A stretch of DNA of 64,000 nt from an uncultured Chloroflexia bacterium (GCA_963797095.1 CAWCNY010000006.1:928001-992000); one strand, 5' to 3'. Shown: positions 1 through 9,451, numbered from the stretch's first letter. The notes: generated by a model not told the origin, from the sequence alone. Program-made: numbers and translations.

Positions 1-1
1 T

Positions 2-103
2 ATCTCGTTCGCCAATTCCGAGGCCAACCTTGCGGAAGCGTTGAAGCGCATCCGCAAAGTCAACGAGAAGCTGCCAGCCGTAGCCGCCGAAGCACACGCT
101 TAG
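2..103 (+). CDS. 3' end of a probable PLP-dependent class I/II aminotransferase (partial)
   Basis: Frame from nt 2 reads ISFANSEANLAEALKRIRKVNEKLPAVAAEAHA*, resembling the (R)LSYAxSxExLxEALxRI C-terminus of class I aminotransferases. Confidence 0.6.
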   Translation: MSFANSEANLAEALKRIRKVNEKLPAVAAEAHA

Positions 104-107
104 AGTA

Positions 108-196
108 GTGCGGAGTTTGAAGTGCGGAATGCGGAATCGTTGAAATGAGTGGCAATGGCTGATGCTCATTCCTCTCGTTATTCCGCATTCCGCACT
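108..196. repeat. Inverted pair of heptamer (TGCGGAA) arrays
   Basis: agtgcggaatgcggaat (121-137) and attccgcattccgcact (180-196) are perfect 17-bp reverse complements. Confidence 0.85.
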
Positions 197-1852
197 CCTT
201 ATGTCGCGCTTTTTGTTTTCGCTATAGTCTGCGCGCTGGCTGTGTGCGCTGCTTCATTGCGGCATACGGGTTCGCTGGCCTTCCCCATAGACGACGGCTA
301 TATCTACAGCAATTACGTCCTATCCGCCTCACAGGGCCAGCTATTCACCTACAATCCAGGCGAAACCAGCGGCGGTATCACGGGCTTTGGCTGGTATGCG
401 CTATGCGTTGTCGCCTACTGGTTATTATCGCCCCTACACGGCTTGCTGGGCGGTCTCGCGCCACTGCAGGTACAGAATGTCGGTCAGGACCTGGCGCAAC
501 AGGCGGGACACCTTTATCTGGCGGCTTATCTGCCTGGGGTGCTCTGTCTTGCTCTTTCGGCTGTGGGTGTGTACCGTCTTGCTCACCTTGCTTTGCCTCG
601 GTCTGATCGCAACAGCAAGGCGCGAGACCTTTTCTGCATTTTGCTTGGAGGTGTGGCCGCTGCCGATCTGGGGTTGGTGTGGGGTGCGCTTTCGGGTCTT
701 GAGGTAGCCCTCTCCTCGGCGCTGGCTGTGTGGGGGGTGGTGTTGCTCCTGGACGACTTGCGGCGCGGCTCGCTGCGCTGGTCGCTGCTCCTAGCTGCGC
801 TCCTACCCTGGGCCCGCCCCGACCTGCTCGCCTTTTCGGGTGCGTGTGCTGTCTGGCTGATTGTGCGAGCGATCGCGAGCGGGCGCGCCGAGCGTGCTCT
901 TGCCTGGCGAAATGCGTTGGCATTCTTCGGCGCAATCGTAGTTGGATTCGTTACCTGGAGCCTGATCTATCTTTTCGGATGGGGCAGGCCCTTTCCAAGC
1001 TCGTTTTATGCGAAGGTGGGCGGTCTGCGTCTCGGCTCCAAGATGCTGTCGGCGGTCGAGGAGATCGTCCTGGCGGGGCGCGTGCTGCCTTTCGTGGCAG
1101 CAGGTCTTGCAGTGCTGGGCGGCCTTGCAGGGATGTTGCCCTCGCGCAACTCGAAGATCGCAGATGAATCGGAAGCGTCGAAGCTTTCGACGCCACATGA
1201 GGAGCGTTGGGCGGCGCTCTTGTTGCTCATGGCTGTTGTGTTTTACGTGGTTGCGCTGCTCCTTACCATTCCCTGGTTCGGCCAGGAGGACCGCTATCTG
1301 CTGCCAATTCACCCCTTTGCGATTGTGCTCATTGGCCTGCCGGTGTGGCGCGTTGTGGCTCTGCTGCCATTGGATCGTGCGCTTGTTGCACCCATCGCCC
1401 GGCCCGCCGTGATACTGTTGGCGTTCCTTGTGCTGGCGGGGGGCGATTACCTGTGGGCGACGCGCGATTACGCGGTCGAGGTGCGGAACATCCGTGATGC
1501 CCATATTCTGCCTGCCCTCTGGATAGCAGCCAACACCCCGCCCAACAGTGTAATTGCGTCCGAGCCGATAGGCGCGGTCAGGCTCTTCTCAGGGCGGCGC
1601 ACGGTTGACCTGGTAGGCTTGACCACGCCGGTTACGCTTGGCACCTATCGTGATTGGCCCCACGCCTGGCCTGCGCTACGCTCGGCAGGCGCGACCTATT
1701 TATTCTTCTATCCCGATTGGTTTGCCGGAGGCGATGCGCCTCCCTGGGCTATCGAGCTTCAACGCTTCGATGTGCCTGACAACAGGATCGCAGGCTCAGA
1801 CGTTATTGCTGTATATGGACTCGACTGGTCGCGTTTTGCATCAGCAAGATGA
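149..1852 (+). CDS. Polytopic membrane protein, probable GT-C fold glycosyltransferase
   Basis: 567 aa, many TM segments, acidic IDDGYIY motif in the first external loop, ARPD and RYLLP motifs. Confidence 0.65.
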   Translation: MAMADAHSSRYSAFRTPYVALFVFAIVCALAVCAASLRHTGSLAFPIDDGYIYSNYVLSASQGQLFTYNPGETSGGITGFGWYALCVVAYWLLSPLHGLLGGLAPLQVQNVGQDLAQQAGHLYLAAYLPGVLCLALSAVGVYRLAHLALPRSDRNSKARDLFCILLGGVAAADLGLVWGALSGLEVALSSALAVWGVVLLLDDLRRGSLRWSLLLAALLPWARPDLLAFSGACAVWLIVRAIASGRAERALAWRNALAFFGAIVVGFVTWSLIYLFGWGRPFPSSFYAKVGGLRLGSKMLSAVEEIVLAGRVLPFVAAGLAVLGGLAGMLPSRNSKIADESEASKLSTPHEERWAALLLLMAVVFYVVALLLTIPWFGQEDRYLLPIHPFAIVLIGLPVWRVVALLPLDRALVAPIARPAVILLAFLVLAGGDYLWATRDYAVEVRNIRDAHILPALWIAANTPPNSVIASEPIGAVRLFSGRRTVDLVGLTTPVTLGTYRDWPHAWPALRSAGATYLFFYPDWFAGGDAPPWAIELQRFDVPDNRIAGSDVIAVYGLDWSRFASAR

Positions 1853-1987
1853 CAGCGGCCATTGTGCCCATCCATGACTTCTGTCAGGCCTCTAGGGCCA
1901 ATTTTCCCATTGATTATGCCTGCAACGTGGCTTATAGTCTTAAGGAATATCGTTTCTATCCTTAATTCTTGAACCGCGGAGTTGTAA

Positions 1988-2791
1988 TTGCAAGTTATTT
2001 ACGCAATGTTGGTCTTTCTGATCGGGTTGGTGGTCGGTTTTGTAGTGAACGTTGTGGCTACGCGCCTTGCTGCGCATCGTCCTTTAGTTGGGCCGCTCCA
2101 TTGCACGCGTGCGCCACACCCTATTACTCTGGTGCAGGCGCTGCCCGTGGTTGGGTATGCTTTGCAGGGTGGGCGCTGCTCGTCGTGCGGGAAGCGTATC
2201 AGCCTCTCTTATCCGCTGGTAGAGGCTGCAACCGGTATCCTGTTTGTGGTAGCTTATCTGTTTGATGGGTTTGGTCCTTCCTTCATCTTTCATGTCGTCT
2301 ACGTAGCGTTCTTGATGCTCGTGTTGATCGTGGACTGGAAACACCGCGATATATACCTCACGGTCATCGCGGGTGGAAGCCTGATTGCCGTAGCTGGGAG
2401 CTTCATCCTTCCGGAAGTGACCCCCTTTGGCGCGTTGATTGGTGCGGGTGTAGCCGGGTTGTTCTTCCTGCTGGCGTATGTCGCCGCCAGGCTGATCTTC
2501 CCCAGGATCGAGGAGCCGTTGGGAGTGGGCGATGTATTCCTTGCCCTGATGATGGGGTTGATGCTTGGTTGGCCCAACATAGTAGGTGCGCTCCTGATCG
2601 GCCCGCTTATCGCGGGGGCGGCGGCAATCCTCCTTCTGATTTCACAGCGTAGCAAGCTCGGTGATTTCATGCCTTACGGTGTTGCTTTATGTGTGGCCGC
2701 CATCTTGTTCCTGATCTATCCTACGCCTTTCGCGGATGCTCTGCACCTTCCTGCGCTTTCCTATATCGTCTCCAACCTTTTCAACCCATAA
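1988..2791 (+). CDS. Prepilin peptidase (family A24)
   Basis: GRCSSCGKRISLSYPLVE, catalytic Asp in VDWK and LGVGDV, C-terminal MPYGVAL; TTG start after GCGGAG. Confidence 0.9.
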   Translation: MQVIYAMLVFLIGLVVGFVVNVVATRLAAHRPLVGPLHCTRAPHPITLVQALPVVGYALQGGRCSSCGKRISLSYPLVEAATGILFVVAYLFDGFGPSFIFHVVYVAFLMLVLIVDWKHRDIYLTVIAGGSLIAVAGSFILPEVTPFGALIGAGVAGLFFLLAYVAARLIFPRIEEPLGVGDVFLALMMGLMLGWPNIVGALLIGPLIAGAAAILLLISQRSKLGDFMPYGVALCVAAILFLIYPTPFADALHLPALSYIVSNLFNP

Positions 2792-2971
2792 TAGGCACGC
2801 GAATACGCTATCGAAATGTTGCACTGGCCGATTCCTTGACGCTCATCAGCCGCTATCGTATACTCGTTTTAAGGGGTATGCGAATCATACCCCTTGCCTG
2901 AATTTGAGTTTGAACTCTGCGGCTGATCAGTCCCCGCGCCCCTCGATCTAAAAAGACTGGAAACGAAACTT

Positions 2972-4150
2972 ATGTCGTCACAAACATGCCCAACCTGTGG
3001 GTGGCTCAATCGTGCCAGCAACCGCTTTTGTTCCAATTGCGGCACTGCTCTGGTCCCCAGCACACCTGACGCCGGCGCTGCTGCGTTGGCTACGCAGGCT
3101 ACGCAGGCGCAGCCGGAAGGCGCAGCCACACAAGAGAATGCCGTTGGCACAGATGCCATGCCGGAAGCACCGGGCAATACTTCCGGTGATGCGGCTTCAA
3201 CCTTCGTCCTTCCTCTCTCCCCAGGCACATCAACGGCAGATACTCAGCCTGTTTCATATACGGTGAAGAGGTGGGAGGCAACCCCAACCGAGCCTGAGAC
3301 CCCACGTCCTTTCGTGCCTCCTGCTCCACAATCCGATTCTTCGGCTCCAACCATACCAATAGCCCCACCACCTGTCCCACCCGGCTCTTATCCCTATGGA
3401 TCGGGCGACAGCAACACTGTAGTTTTTGGGCCTGGTTCCGATTCCTCGTCCACCGCCATGCCGCACCGAGGTGAGGGCGGAACCTACGTGCCTTACACGC
3501 CCGACGCTGCTCGTCACCTGGAGGCGGACAAAGGCTCTCGCTCCTGGTTGATCCCGTCTATAGTGGTGGCAGTTCTGCTGTTACTGGTGGTAGGAAGTGT
3601 TGGCGGATTCCTTGTCTTCAACGGCCAACGACCTGCCAGTTCTGCCGGGAATACTCCTGGTGGGGCGCAATCCACTGAGCAAATTGCCTGCTCCGATCTG
3701 ATGTCCAAGCTCGACGCCAACGGGAACGCGGGCGACGATACGACCACATTGCGGGCTATCATCTGCAAGAGCAACGATGAGCAGATCAAAGCCTGGCGTG
3801 ATCTGGATACGGAGATACTCAAGGGCACCCGCACAGGTCAGGCTCTGGAAGAAAACATACAAGCCGTGCAGGACCTGAAAAACAAAGGTATGTACGCAGT
3901 GCCTAACAATAAGAGCATTGAATTCGGTGATGTGCAGGTAAACGGCGACTCAGCCACCGCCAAGACCGTCGAGGTATGGACTGTCACCTTCTACAGCAAG
4001 AGTGATAACAGAGTGGTATTACCGCCGCAAGCTCCCGACACGTTGCGCGAAACCTACCATTTCGTCAAGCAAGACGGTAAGTGGCTGATCACCTCGGTTG
4101 ATATCGTGTCGGACTCGCCGCCACCTACGCCCGGTACAAGCGACACATAG
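2972..4150 (+). CDS. Zinc-ribbon / Pro-rich / single-TM protein with C-terminal NTF2-like (ARC6/IMS-like) external domain
   Basis: CPTC...FCSNCG at N-terminus, Pro-rich linker, TM LIPSIVVAVLLLLVVG, C-terminal A.V.TVE.W...ETYHFVKQDGKWLI. Confidence 0.6.
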   Translation: MSSQTCPTCGWLNRASNRFCSNCGTALVPSTPDAGAAALATQATQAQPEGAATQENAVGTDAMPEAPGNTSGDAASTFVLPLSPGTSTADTQPVSYTVKRWEATPTEPETPRPFVPPAPQSDSSAPTIPIAPPPVPPGSYPYGSGDSNTVVFGPGSDSSSTAMPHRGEGGTYVPYTPDAARHLEADKGSRSWLIPSIVVAVLLLLVVGSVGGFLVFNGQRPASSAGNTPGGAQSTEQIACSDLMSKLDANGNAGDDTTTLRAIICKSNDEQIKAWRDLDTEILKGTRTGQALEENIQAVQDLKNKGMYAVPNNKSIEFGDVQVNGDSATAKTVEVWTVTFYSKSDNRVVLPPQAPDTLRETYHFVKQDGKWLITSVDIVSDSPPPTPGTSDT

Positions 4151-4159
4151 TTCACTGAA

Positions 4160-4210
4160 CACCAGGGATGAAAAATGGACGGCCTTGGCGTCCATTTTTC
4201 ATCCCTGGTG
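4160..4210. terminator. Bidirectional hairpin between convergent genes
   Basis: caccagggatgaaaaatggacg-gccttgg-cgtccatttttcatccctggtg, perfect 22-bp stem. Confidence 0.8.
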
Positions 4211-4222
4211 TAGTTTTACGCC

Positions 4223-6088
4223 TTACTTATCTTGAACCTGGGCTGCGGTTGCCGCCAATCCCGCGCGACGTAGCACCCATCCACCCAGTACCATCATGCC
4301 CGCAGCGAAGCCGAGCCACATTGGCAGGGAAGAAGGTCCAGCCCCCGTTGTCGGGCTTACCACAGGCGGTGCGCCCTGGCCGGTGGAGGGGTTGCCGCCG
4401 GCGGCCTCACTGCCGGTCGAGTCACCGCCTGAACTGGCATCAATTATGCCGTTGCCGTCATTGTCAGGGGGAGGCGCGGGAGTGGGCGCAGGGGTAGCTT
4501 GAGTCTCGACAGTTGGCTTTTGGTCGCCTGCCGAAGAATTGTCTCCGGTCCCTTTTTCAACGGTTGGGGACGGTGTCTCAGTAGGCACGGAGGTCGGGAT
4601 GGGCGCGATAGTTGCCACGTTCGTGATAACCGGCACAGGGACCGCGCCCGTAGCCTGAGCGGGTGGTACAGGCACTTCACTGGTGGTTCTAGGGTCGGGT
4701 GCGAGCGTGCTTGGTTCCGACGTGTCAACCGCCTGTGGCGCAAACGTGGTACCTACCGGATTGGGCGCTAACGATGTGCCGCCCGCGGGCGTGTTGGTAG
4801 CGCTTGGTGGCAGCGAGGGTCCTTGCACACTGGACTCGGATTGAATTGGGGCACCGCCCGCGGCCTCACCACCTTGCGATTCGGCGGTCACGTTGTTGGG
4901 CTGTAAGTCTTTCTGTTCGCCGGTCGGCGCGGGCGCGCTCTCGCTCACCTGCGCGTTTCCACGTTGCGACTCTTGCTTGGCTCCCTGGCTATCTTGCGTA
5001 TCACTTGACTGCGGGGTCTGCGAAGAAGGCATTGAGCGATGCGGCTGCTGGCCTTCGTCCTTCGATTCGCCCGAAGTGGCCCCCTTAGAAGATGTTACCT
5101 CGGTGGGGGCGGGAATGGGCGTATCCGTGTCCGGAACAGTCGTTGGGGAGGGCGGCGCGGTGGTGGCTGTAGCTGACGGAAGGGTTGTAGGCGTATCCGT
5201 CGGAGGGGGTTCAGGTGTATCTGTGGCTGCGGAGCTTGGCGTACCTTTGTGCTCAAAGCCGGGCGGCTCGGTGGTTGCGGTGGGCGGTGCGGGAGGCAGC
5301 CCTCCCCCCTTGCTACTCACAGGTGTGGCGGTGGGGATTACAGGCTGGGGGGTGTCGGTGGGCGGAGCCGGAATGGCCGTTGCCGTTGCCTGCGGCTCGC
5401 TTGTAGGTGTGGCGTCCGCGCCTGACCCATCTTGCCCGGTGGCCCATACCAGAGCTTGCCCCAACGGCCCACCGAAAACCGTGCCATAAGGCAGGTAAAC
5501 GGTAAGGTCGTTTACCGATCTGTTTGTCACCTGAAGCGCACCGCTGCCCAATGACGGGTTTTGCGTTGAGGGTGTAAGAGTGAGCGGTGCGACGCTTGCC
5601 TGCCCGGATTGAACCAGGTTCAGCAGATTTGTGCCTTCGGGTATCCAGCTTGGAATGCCTGGAGAGGTAACGGCGGCCTCACCAATTCGTTCGGCAGTTG
5701 CATGGTTGCTCGACTGCCAGTTGCTGTCCTGCACCCACCATATCGCCAGCGCCACCTGGTACGGTTCGCTCTCCGCATAGCCCCAGTCGATGCCGTAGTA
5801 GAGGGCTGTGCGTACCCTGTCCGCCGCCAGCGGTTGCGAAGCCAGGGGAAGAGACCCGGCGCTCAGATTGGTGCCGGGACTCAGAGAAATAGCCTGAACG
5901 GTGATTGTGCCGGTGCCGCCCGCCGGTATGGTTACCGAGTAGCCTGGCACCGAGTGGAGTGGGGCTGCCGATCCGGCACTTGCCGGTGAGCCAAGAACGA
6001 ACGCTATACAAATGACGCAAGCCACCAAAAACTGTAGCGGAATTGTGAGAAACCGGGGCTTTTGCAACGTTGGCCTACCTTTCAGCAA
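4223..6088 (-). CDS. Secreted Pro/Thr/Ser-rich surface protein with LPXTG-like C-terminal sorting signal
   Basis: N-terminal signal peptide, about 180 aa folded domain, long PT-rich stalk, C-terminal SPTTG + TM + RR. Confidence 0.65.
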   Translation of the reverse strand: MLKGRPTLQKPRFLTIPLQFLVACVICIAFVLGSPASAGSAAPLHSVPGYSVTIPAGGTGTITVQAISLSPGTNLSAGSLPLASQPLAADRVRTALYYGIDWGYAESEPYQVALAIWWVQDSNWQSSNHATAERIGEAAVTSPGIPSWIPEGTNLLNLVQSGQASVAPLTLTPSTQNPSLGSGALQVTNRSVNDLTVYLPYGTVFGGPLGQALVWATGQDGSGADATPTSEPQATATAIPAPPTDTPQPVIPTATPVSSKGGGLPPAPPTATTEPPGFEHKGTPSSAATDTPEPPPTDTPTTLPSATATTAPPSPTTVPDTDTPIPAPTEVTSSKGATSGESKDEGQQPHRSMPSSQTPQSSDTQDSQGAKQESQRGNAQVSESAPAPTGEQKDLQPNNVTAESQGGEAAGGAPIQSESSVQGPSLPPSATNTPAGGTSLAPNPVGTTFAPQAVDTSEPSTLAPDPRTTSEVPVPPAQATGAVPVPVITNVATIAPIPTSVPTETPSPTVEKGTGDNSSAGDQKPTVETQATPAPTPAPPPDNDGNGIIDASSGGDSTGSEAAGGNPSTGQGAPPVVSPTTGAGPSSLPMWLGFAAGMMVLGGWVLRRAGLAATAAQVQDK

Positions 6089-6200
6089 GAGAAATGCGCC
6101 ACTTGAGTATACACTCCGCCTGTCTCATTTGCAAGGAAAATGGACCATCGTCGCTGGCAGCCACGGCAAGAGCAGACACCCAAGAAATGGGGTCTGCGAT

Positions 6201-6229
6201 TTGATTCCGGGGCTGATTTGTGATATATT
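6201..6229 (+). promoter_or_regulatory. Sigma70-type promoter of the orphan rpoA
   Basis: TTGATT (6201-6206), 17-bp spacer, TGa-TATATT extended -10 (6221-6229). Confidence 0.7.
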
Positions 6230-6294
6230 ATAAGGTCGAAGGTGAATCTTCATGCCTTGCGATGTCTGTTTTGATTATCCCTGGGGGTGCTTCT

Positions 6295-7302
6295 TTGTTT
6301 GATGTAAATTTGCCTGAAATAACGCGCGACACCGGCGGTCACAACTACAGCCGCTACCGTATCGAACCTCTCCAACCCGGTTGGGGCACTACGCTTGGCG
6401 CGAGTTTGCGCCGTATCATGATTTCCTCCTTGCGAGGAGTTGCAGTTACCGGCCTTCGGTTGGCCGAATTGCCCGATGATCCCAGCGAGATCGCCGGGAT
6501 CGAAGAGAACCTGATAGACCTTGTCTTGAACGTCAAGCAGTTGCGCTTCCGCTACTCCGGCGATGGGAGCGCGGCCCAGGCGAACGATCAGTACCATATT
6601 GCTCTCAGCTACCCGAACGAAGAGGCTGGAGAGATAACAGGTGAGTACCTGGAACTGCCTGAGGACATTGAGCTTACCAACCCGGAGCTGGTGATTGCCA
6701 CGGGCACCGGTGGCGGCACGCCCTTTGAGCTTGAACTGCTGGTAGAGACCGGGATCGGGTATGAGACAGCCGAGAACCGTCTGAGCATCCCTGACGATAT
6801 GATCCCCGTGGATGCGATGTATACGCCCATCCCCCGCGTGAACTATGTCGTGGAGCACACCCGCGTGGGCCAGATGACCGACTATGATCGCCTGTTGCTC
6901 GAAGTGTGGACCGACGGCACGATCCAGCCCGACGATGCTGTGAGCCAGGCAGCGCGCATCCTTACGCAGTACGCAACCTCGGTGGCGACCTATGGCCGCG
7001 ATATGGCAGACCTCGGTATCGAGGAACCGCCCGCGCCCGTAGAGGACGACACCAACCGCTCTATCGAGGTGCTCAACCTGAGCATGAGAACCACCAACGC
7101 GCTAAAACGCGCCAACATCACCACCATTGCCCAGGTGCTATCACTGACCGATAACGATTTGCTCCACCTTCGCAACTTTGGTGCCAAGTCGCTTGACGAG
7201 TTGCGCGATGCCCTCACGGCCCACGGCTACGGTCCTAAACTCGATGCCGCCTCAGGCGAAGATGAAGGCGAAGAGGAAGACACAGACGTAGACGAAAGCT
7301 AG
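6295..7302 (+). CDS. rpoA: DNA-directed RNA polymerase subunit alpha, divergent stand-alone copy
   Basis: IEPLQPGWGTTLGASLRR, IPVDAMYTPIPRVNYVVEHTRVGQMTDYDRL, WTDGTI, CTD LSMRTTNALKRANI...RNFGAKSLDE; likely TTG start at 6295 after GGGGG (ORF track starts at 6220). Confidence 0.95.
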   Translation: MFDVNLPEITRDTGGHNYSRYRIEPLQPGWGTTLGASLRRIMISSLRGVAVTGLRLAELPDDPSEIAGIEENLIDLVLNVKQLRFRYSGDGSAAQANDQYHIALSYPNEEAGEITGEYLELPEDIELTNPELVIATGTGGGTPFELELLVETGIGYETAENRLSIPDDMIPVDAMYTPIPRVNYVVEHTRVGQMTDYDRLLLEVWTDGTIQPDDAVSQAARILTQYATSVATYGRDMADLGIEEPPAPVEDDTNRSIEVLNLSMRTTNALKRANITTIAQVLSLTDNDLLHLRNFGAKSLDELRDALTAHGYGPKLDAASGEDEGEEEDTDVDES

Positions 7303-7321
7303 CACGCGAATATGCAAAGAC

Positions 7322-7354
7322 AGACCCAGGCCACTACGGCCCGGGTCTTTTTTT
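7322..7354 (+). terminator. Rho-independent terminator after rpoA
   Basis: agacccaggcc-actac-ggcccgggtct followed by a T-run. Confidence 0.75.
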
Positions 7355-8672
7355 AGCGTCTGCGCCCACCCGGTATTCCGGCCATCGTGATAGAGGCCAG
7401 CACCATACATACCGCAGCTATGATAAACACCCCTCTGTAAGACTGTGTGGCATCGACCAGTATGCCTGCCAGCAACGCGCCTGCCGGTTGGGCAACCGAC
7501 CATACCATGTTGGCGTAACCCATAAAGGTTCCTGCCTGGTGCTTGGGAACCAGATCTGCCAGCAGCGAGAGGTATAGTGCCGTAGGGGCGGCATTGCCCA
7601 GCCCCACCAGCACCATGACAATTATAGCCATCGTCATGTCGTGTATCTGCGATCCAACCAGCGCAGCTATCGCAAAGAGAAAGAGCGCCGGCTGTAGCAC
7701 CTGCTTGCGCCCGATCTTATCGCCAAGCCAGCCGCAAAGCAATGCGCCCACAGAAGTGGCGATTATCAGCACAAGCAATAGTACGAAGGATGTGTCCTCG
7801 GAGATGCCAAGCTCATTGACCCCGAACCGTGTGATGAAGGGGGCTGCGGCTCCAGCGCCCAACCAGTAGATGCCCATCGCCACGATATATACCACCAGAG
7901 GTCGCTCTTGCAGGAGCGCTGATACCGAGGCCCGCACTCCGGTGTGTTCTGAGTGGGTAATTGCCTGCTGGCGAGATTCGCGTACACCAAACGCCACTAC
8001 TACCAGCGTCAGGGCAACCAGCAAGCCCGTGATCAGGAATACCCAGCCGCGGGCCGTGTCCCAAAGGGTGATCGACATGAGCACAAACGCGAGTGCTCCC
8101 ACTACTCCCGCGATGGCGATCAGGCCGCCGATCCTTCCTCGCTGAGCATATGGAGTGATATCAGCGAGGAGAGCCGAATAGGGGCCAAGCGCAACGAAGA
8201 GCGCCACACCCGCTAATGTGACGGTCGCGATCATCACCCAGAAGGGGGGTTGCAGCCCGAGAATGGCTACGCAAATGGCTGCGCCCACGCCGCCAGCCAG
8301 CAGATAAGGGCCCCGCTTGCCGATGCGGGTGCTTGTTCTGTCGCTCAGGTGCCCTACGAACGGCTGGATCAGCCCACCGAAAAGAGAGCGCTCATTGGTC
8401 AGCAGAGCCACTATAGTGGCCGGGATCGCGCCACCGGGGTTGAGGAAGGCGGGCAGGCCGGTAGGCATGGTGTATGCAAGGAGAAAAAGGGGCAGGGCAT
8501 TGTTCATCATGGTGAACACTAGCCCGCCCGCTATCCCGCCCATTGCGTACAGGAGTGATTGAGAAAGGCCCAGGGGTGTGATATGGTGTATATCAGCCGG
8601 GGCCGTGATTTCCAGTTCCATCTCTCTGGCCAGCTCTTCGCCGGCCAGCATTGACGTTTCTTCAGCTTGCAC
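7353..8672 (-). CDS. MFS transporter (GPH/sugar-type)
   Basis: About 12 TMs, GHLSDRTSTRIGKRGPY and GWLGDKIGRK motif-A copies. Confidence 0.9.
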   Translation of the reverse strand: MQAEETSMLAGEELAREMELEITAPADIHHITPLGLSQSLLYAMGGIAGGLVFTMMNNALPLFLLAYTMPTGLPAFLNPGGAIPATIVALLTNERSLFGGLIQPFVGHLSDRTSTRIGKRGPYLLAGGVGAAICVAILGLQPPFWVMIATVTLAGVALFVALGPYSALLADITPYAQRGRIGGLIAIAGVVGALAFVLMSITLWDTARGWVFLITGLLVALTLVVVAFGVRESRQQAITHSEHTGVRASVSALLQERPLVVYIVAMGIYWLGAGAAAPFITRFGVNELGISEDTSFVLLLVLIIATSVGALLCGWLGDKIGRKQVLQPALFLFAIAALVGSQIHDMTMAIIVMVLVGLGNAAPTALYLSLLADLVPKHQAGTFMGYANMVWSVAQPAGALLAGILVDATQSYRGVFIIAAVCMVLASITMAGIPGGRRR

Positions 8673-8678
8673 CTTGAA

Positions 8679-8687
8679 AGTATACCA
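8679..8687 (-). promoter_or_regulatory. Extended -10 promoter giving a probably leaderless MFS mRNA
   Basis: Minus strand TGG-TATACT-ttcaag-GTG(start), no Shine-Dalgarno. Confidence 0.55.
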
Positions 8688-8704
8688 GAGATGGCATTAC
8701 TTTC

Positions 8705-9451
8705 TTACCTGTACATACCGCGCATGCTGTTGAGCCTGATCTTCAGCAGGCCGAGGAAAGCGCGTGTGGCATCGCGTATCACGCGCACCTTGGTGCCGCG
8801 CTCGTCATGCCAGTGCACAGGCACTTCCTTGATGCGCAATCCGTGCTTCTGCGCGACAAACAACACCTCCGCGTCAAAGCTCCAATCGTCGATGATGGAG
8901 CGCGAGAAAAGCTCTTGCGCGGCGGCGTGGGTGAAACACTTGAACCCACATGTTATATCTGAAATGCCTCGCGTGGCGATCCTGTTGGTCAGCCATGTGA
9001 ACACCTTGCCCATACTCTCGCGCCAGAGGGGTTGATGGCGCTCCAGCACCGCGCCCTTCATTTTTCTGGAGCCGATCACAACATCGTAACCTTCGTCAAA
9101 CCAGTGCCAGAATTTGGCGATTTCGTCAGGCGGGGTGGACAGATCCGCATCGGTGAACAGCACAACCTCGCCCCTGGCTGCCAGCATACCCACCTTCAGC
9201 GCGTGCCCTTTGCCCCTGTTCGGGCTTTCCTCAAGCACACGCACATCCTCGCCGCTCCCCAGCAGTTCGCGCGATAGTTGTGCCGAGTCATCGGTCGAGC
9301 CATCGTCCACGACGACAAATTCAACACTGTACTTCTGACCCCGAAAATAATCGGCAAGCAGGGGCAGTGTGCGCCGCATTCGTCTAGCCTCGTTGTAGAT
9401 CGGCACCACTACCGATAATCTTGGACTGGTTGCGTCAAGCTTATTGCTCAC
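8705..9451 (-). CDS. GT2 polyprenol-phosphate glycosyltransferase (DPG/DPM synthase-like)
   Basis: SVVVPIYNE, VDDGSTD, NRGKG, FTDADLS, DITCGFK, WSFDAEVL. Confidence 0.9.
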   Translation of the reverse strand: MSNKLDATSPRLSVVVPIYNEARRMRRTLPLLADYFRGQKYSVEFVVVDDGSTDDSAQLSRELLGSGEDVRVLEESPNRGKGHALKVGMLAARGEVVLFTDADLSTPPDEIAKFWHWFDEGYDVVIGSRKMKGAVLERHQPLWRESMGKVFTWLTNRIATRGISDITCGFKCFTHAAAQELFSRSIIDDWSFDAEVLFVAQKHGLRIKEVPVHWHDERGTKVRVIRDATRAFLGLLKIRLNSMRGMYR

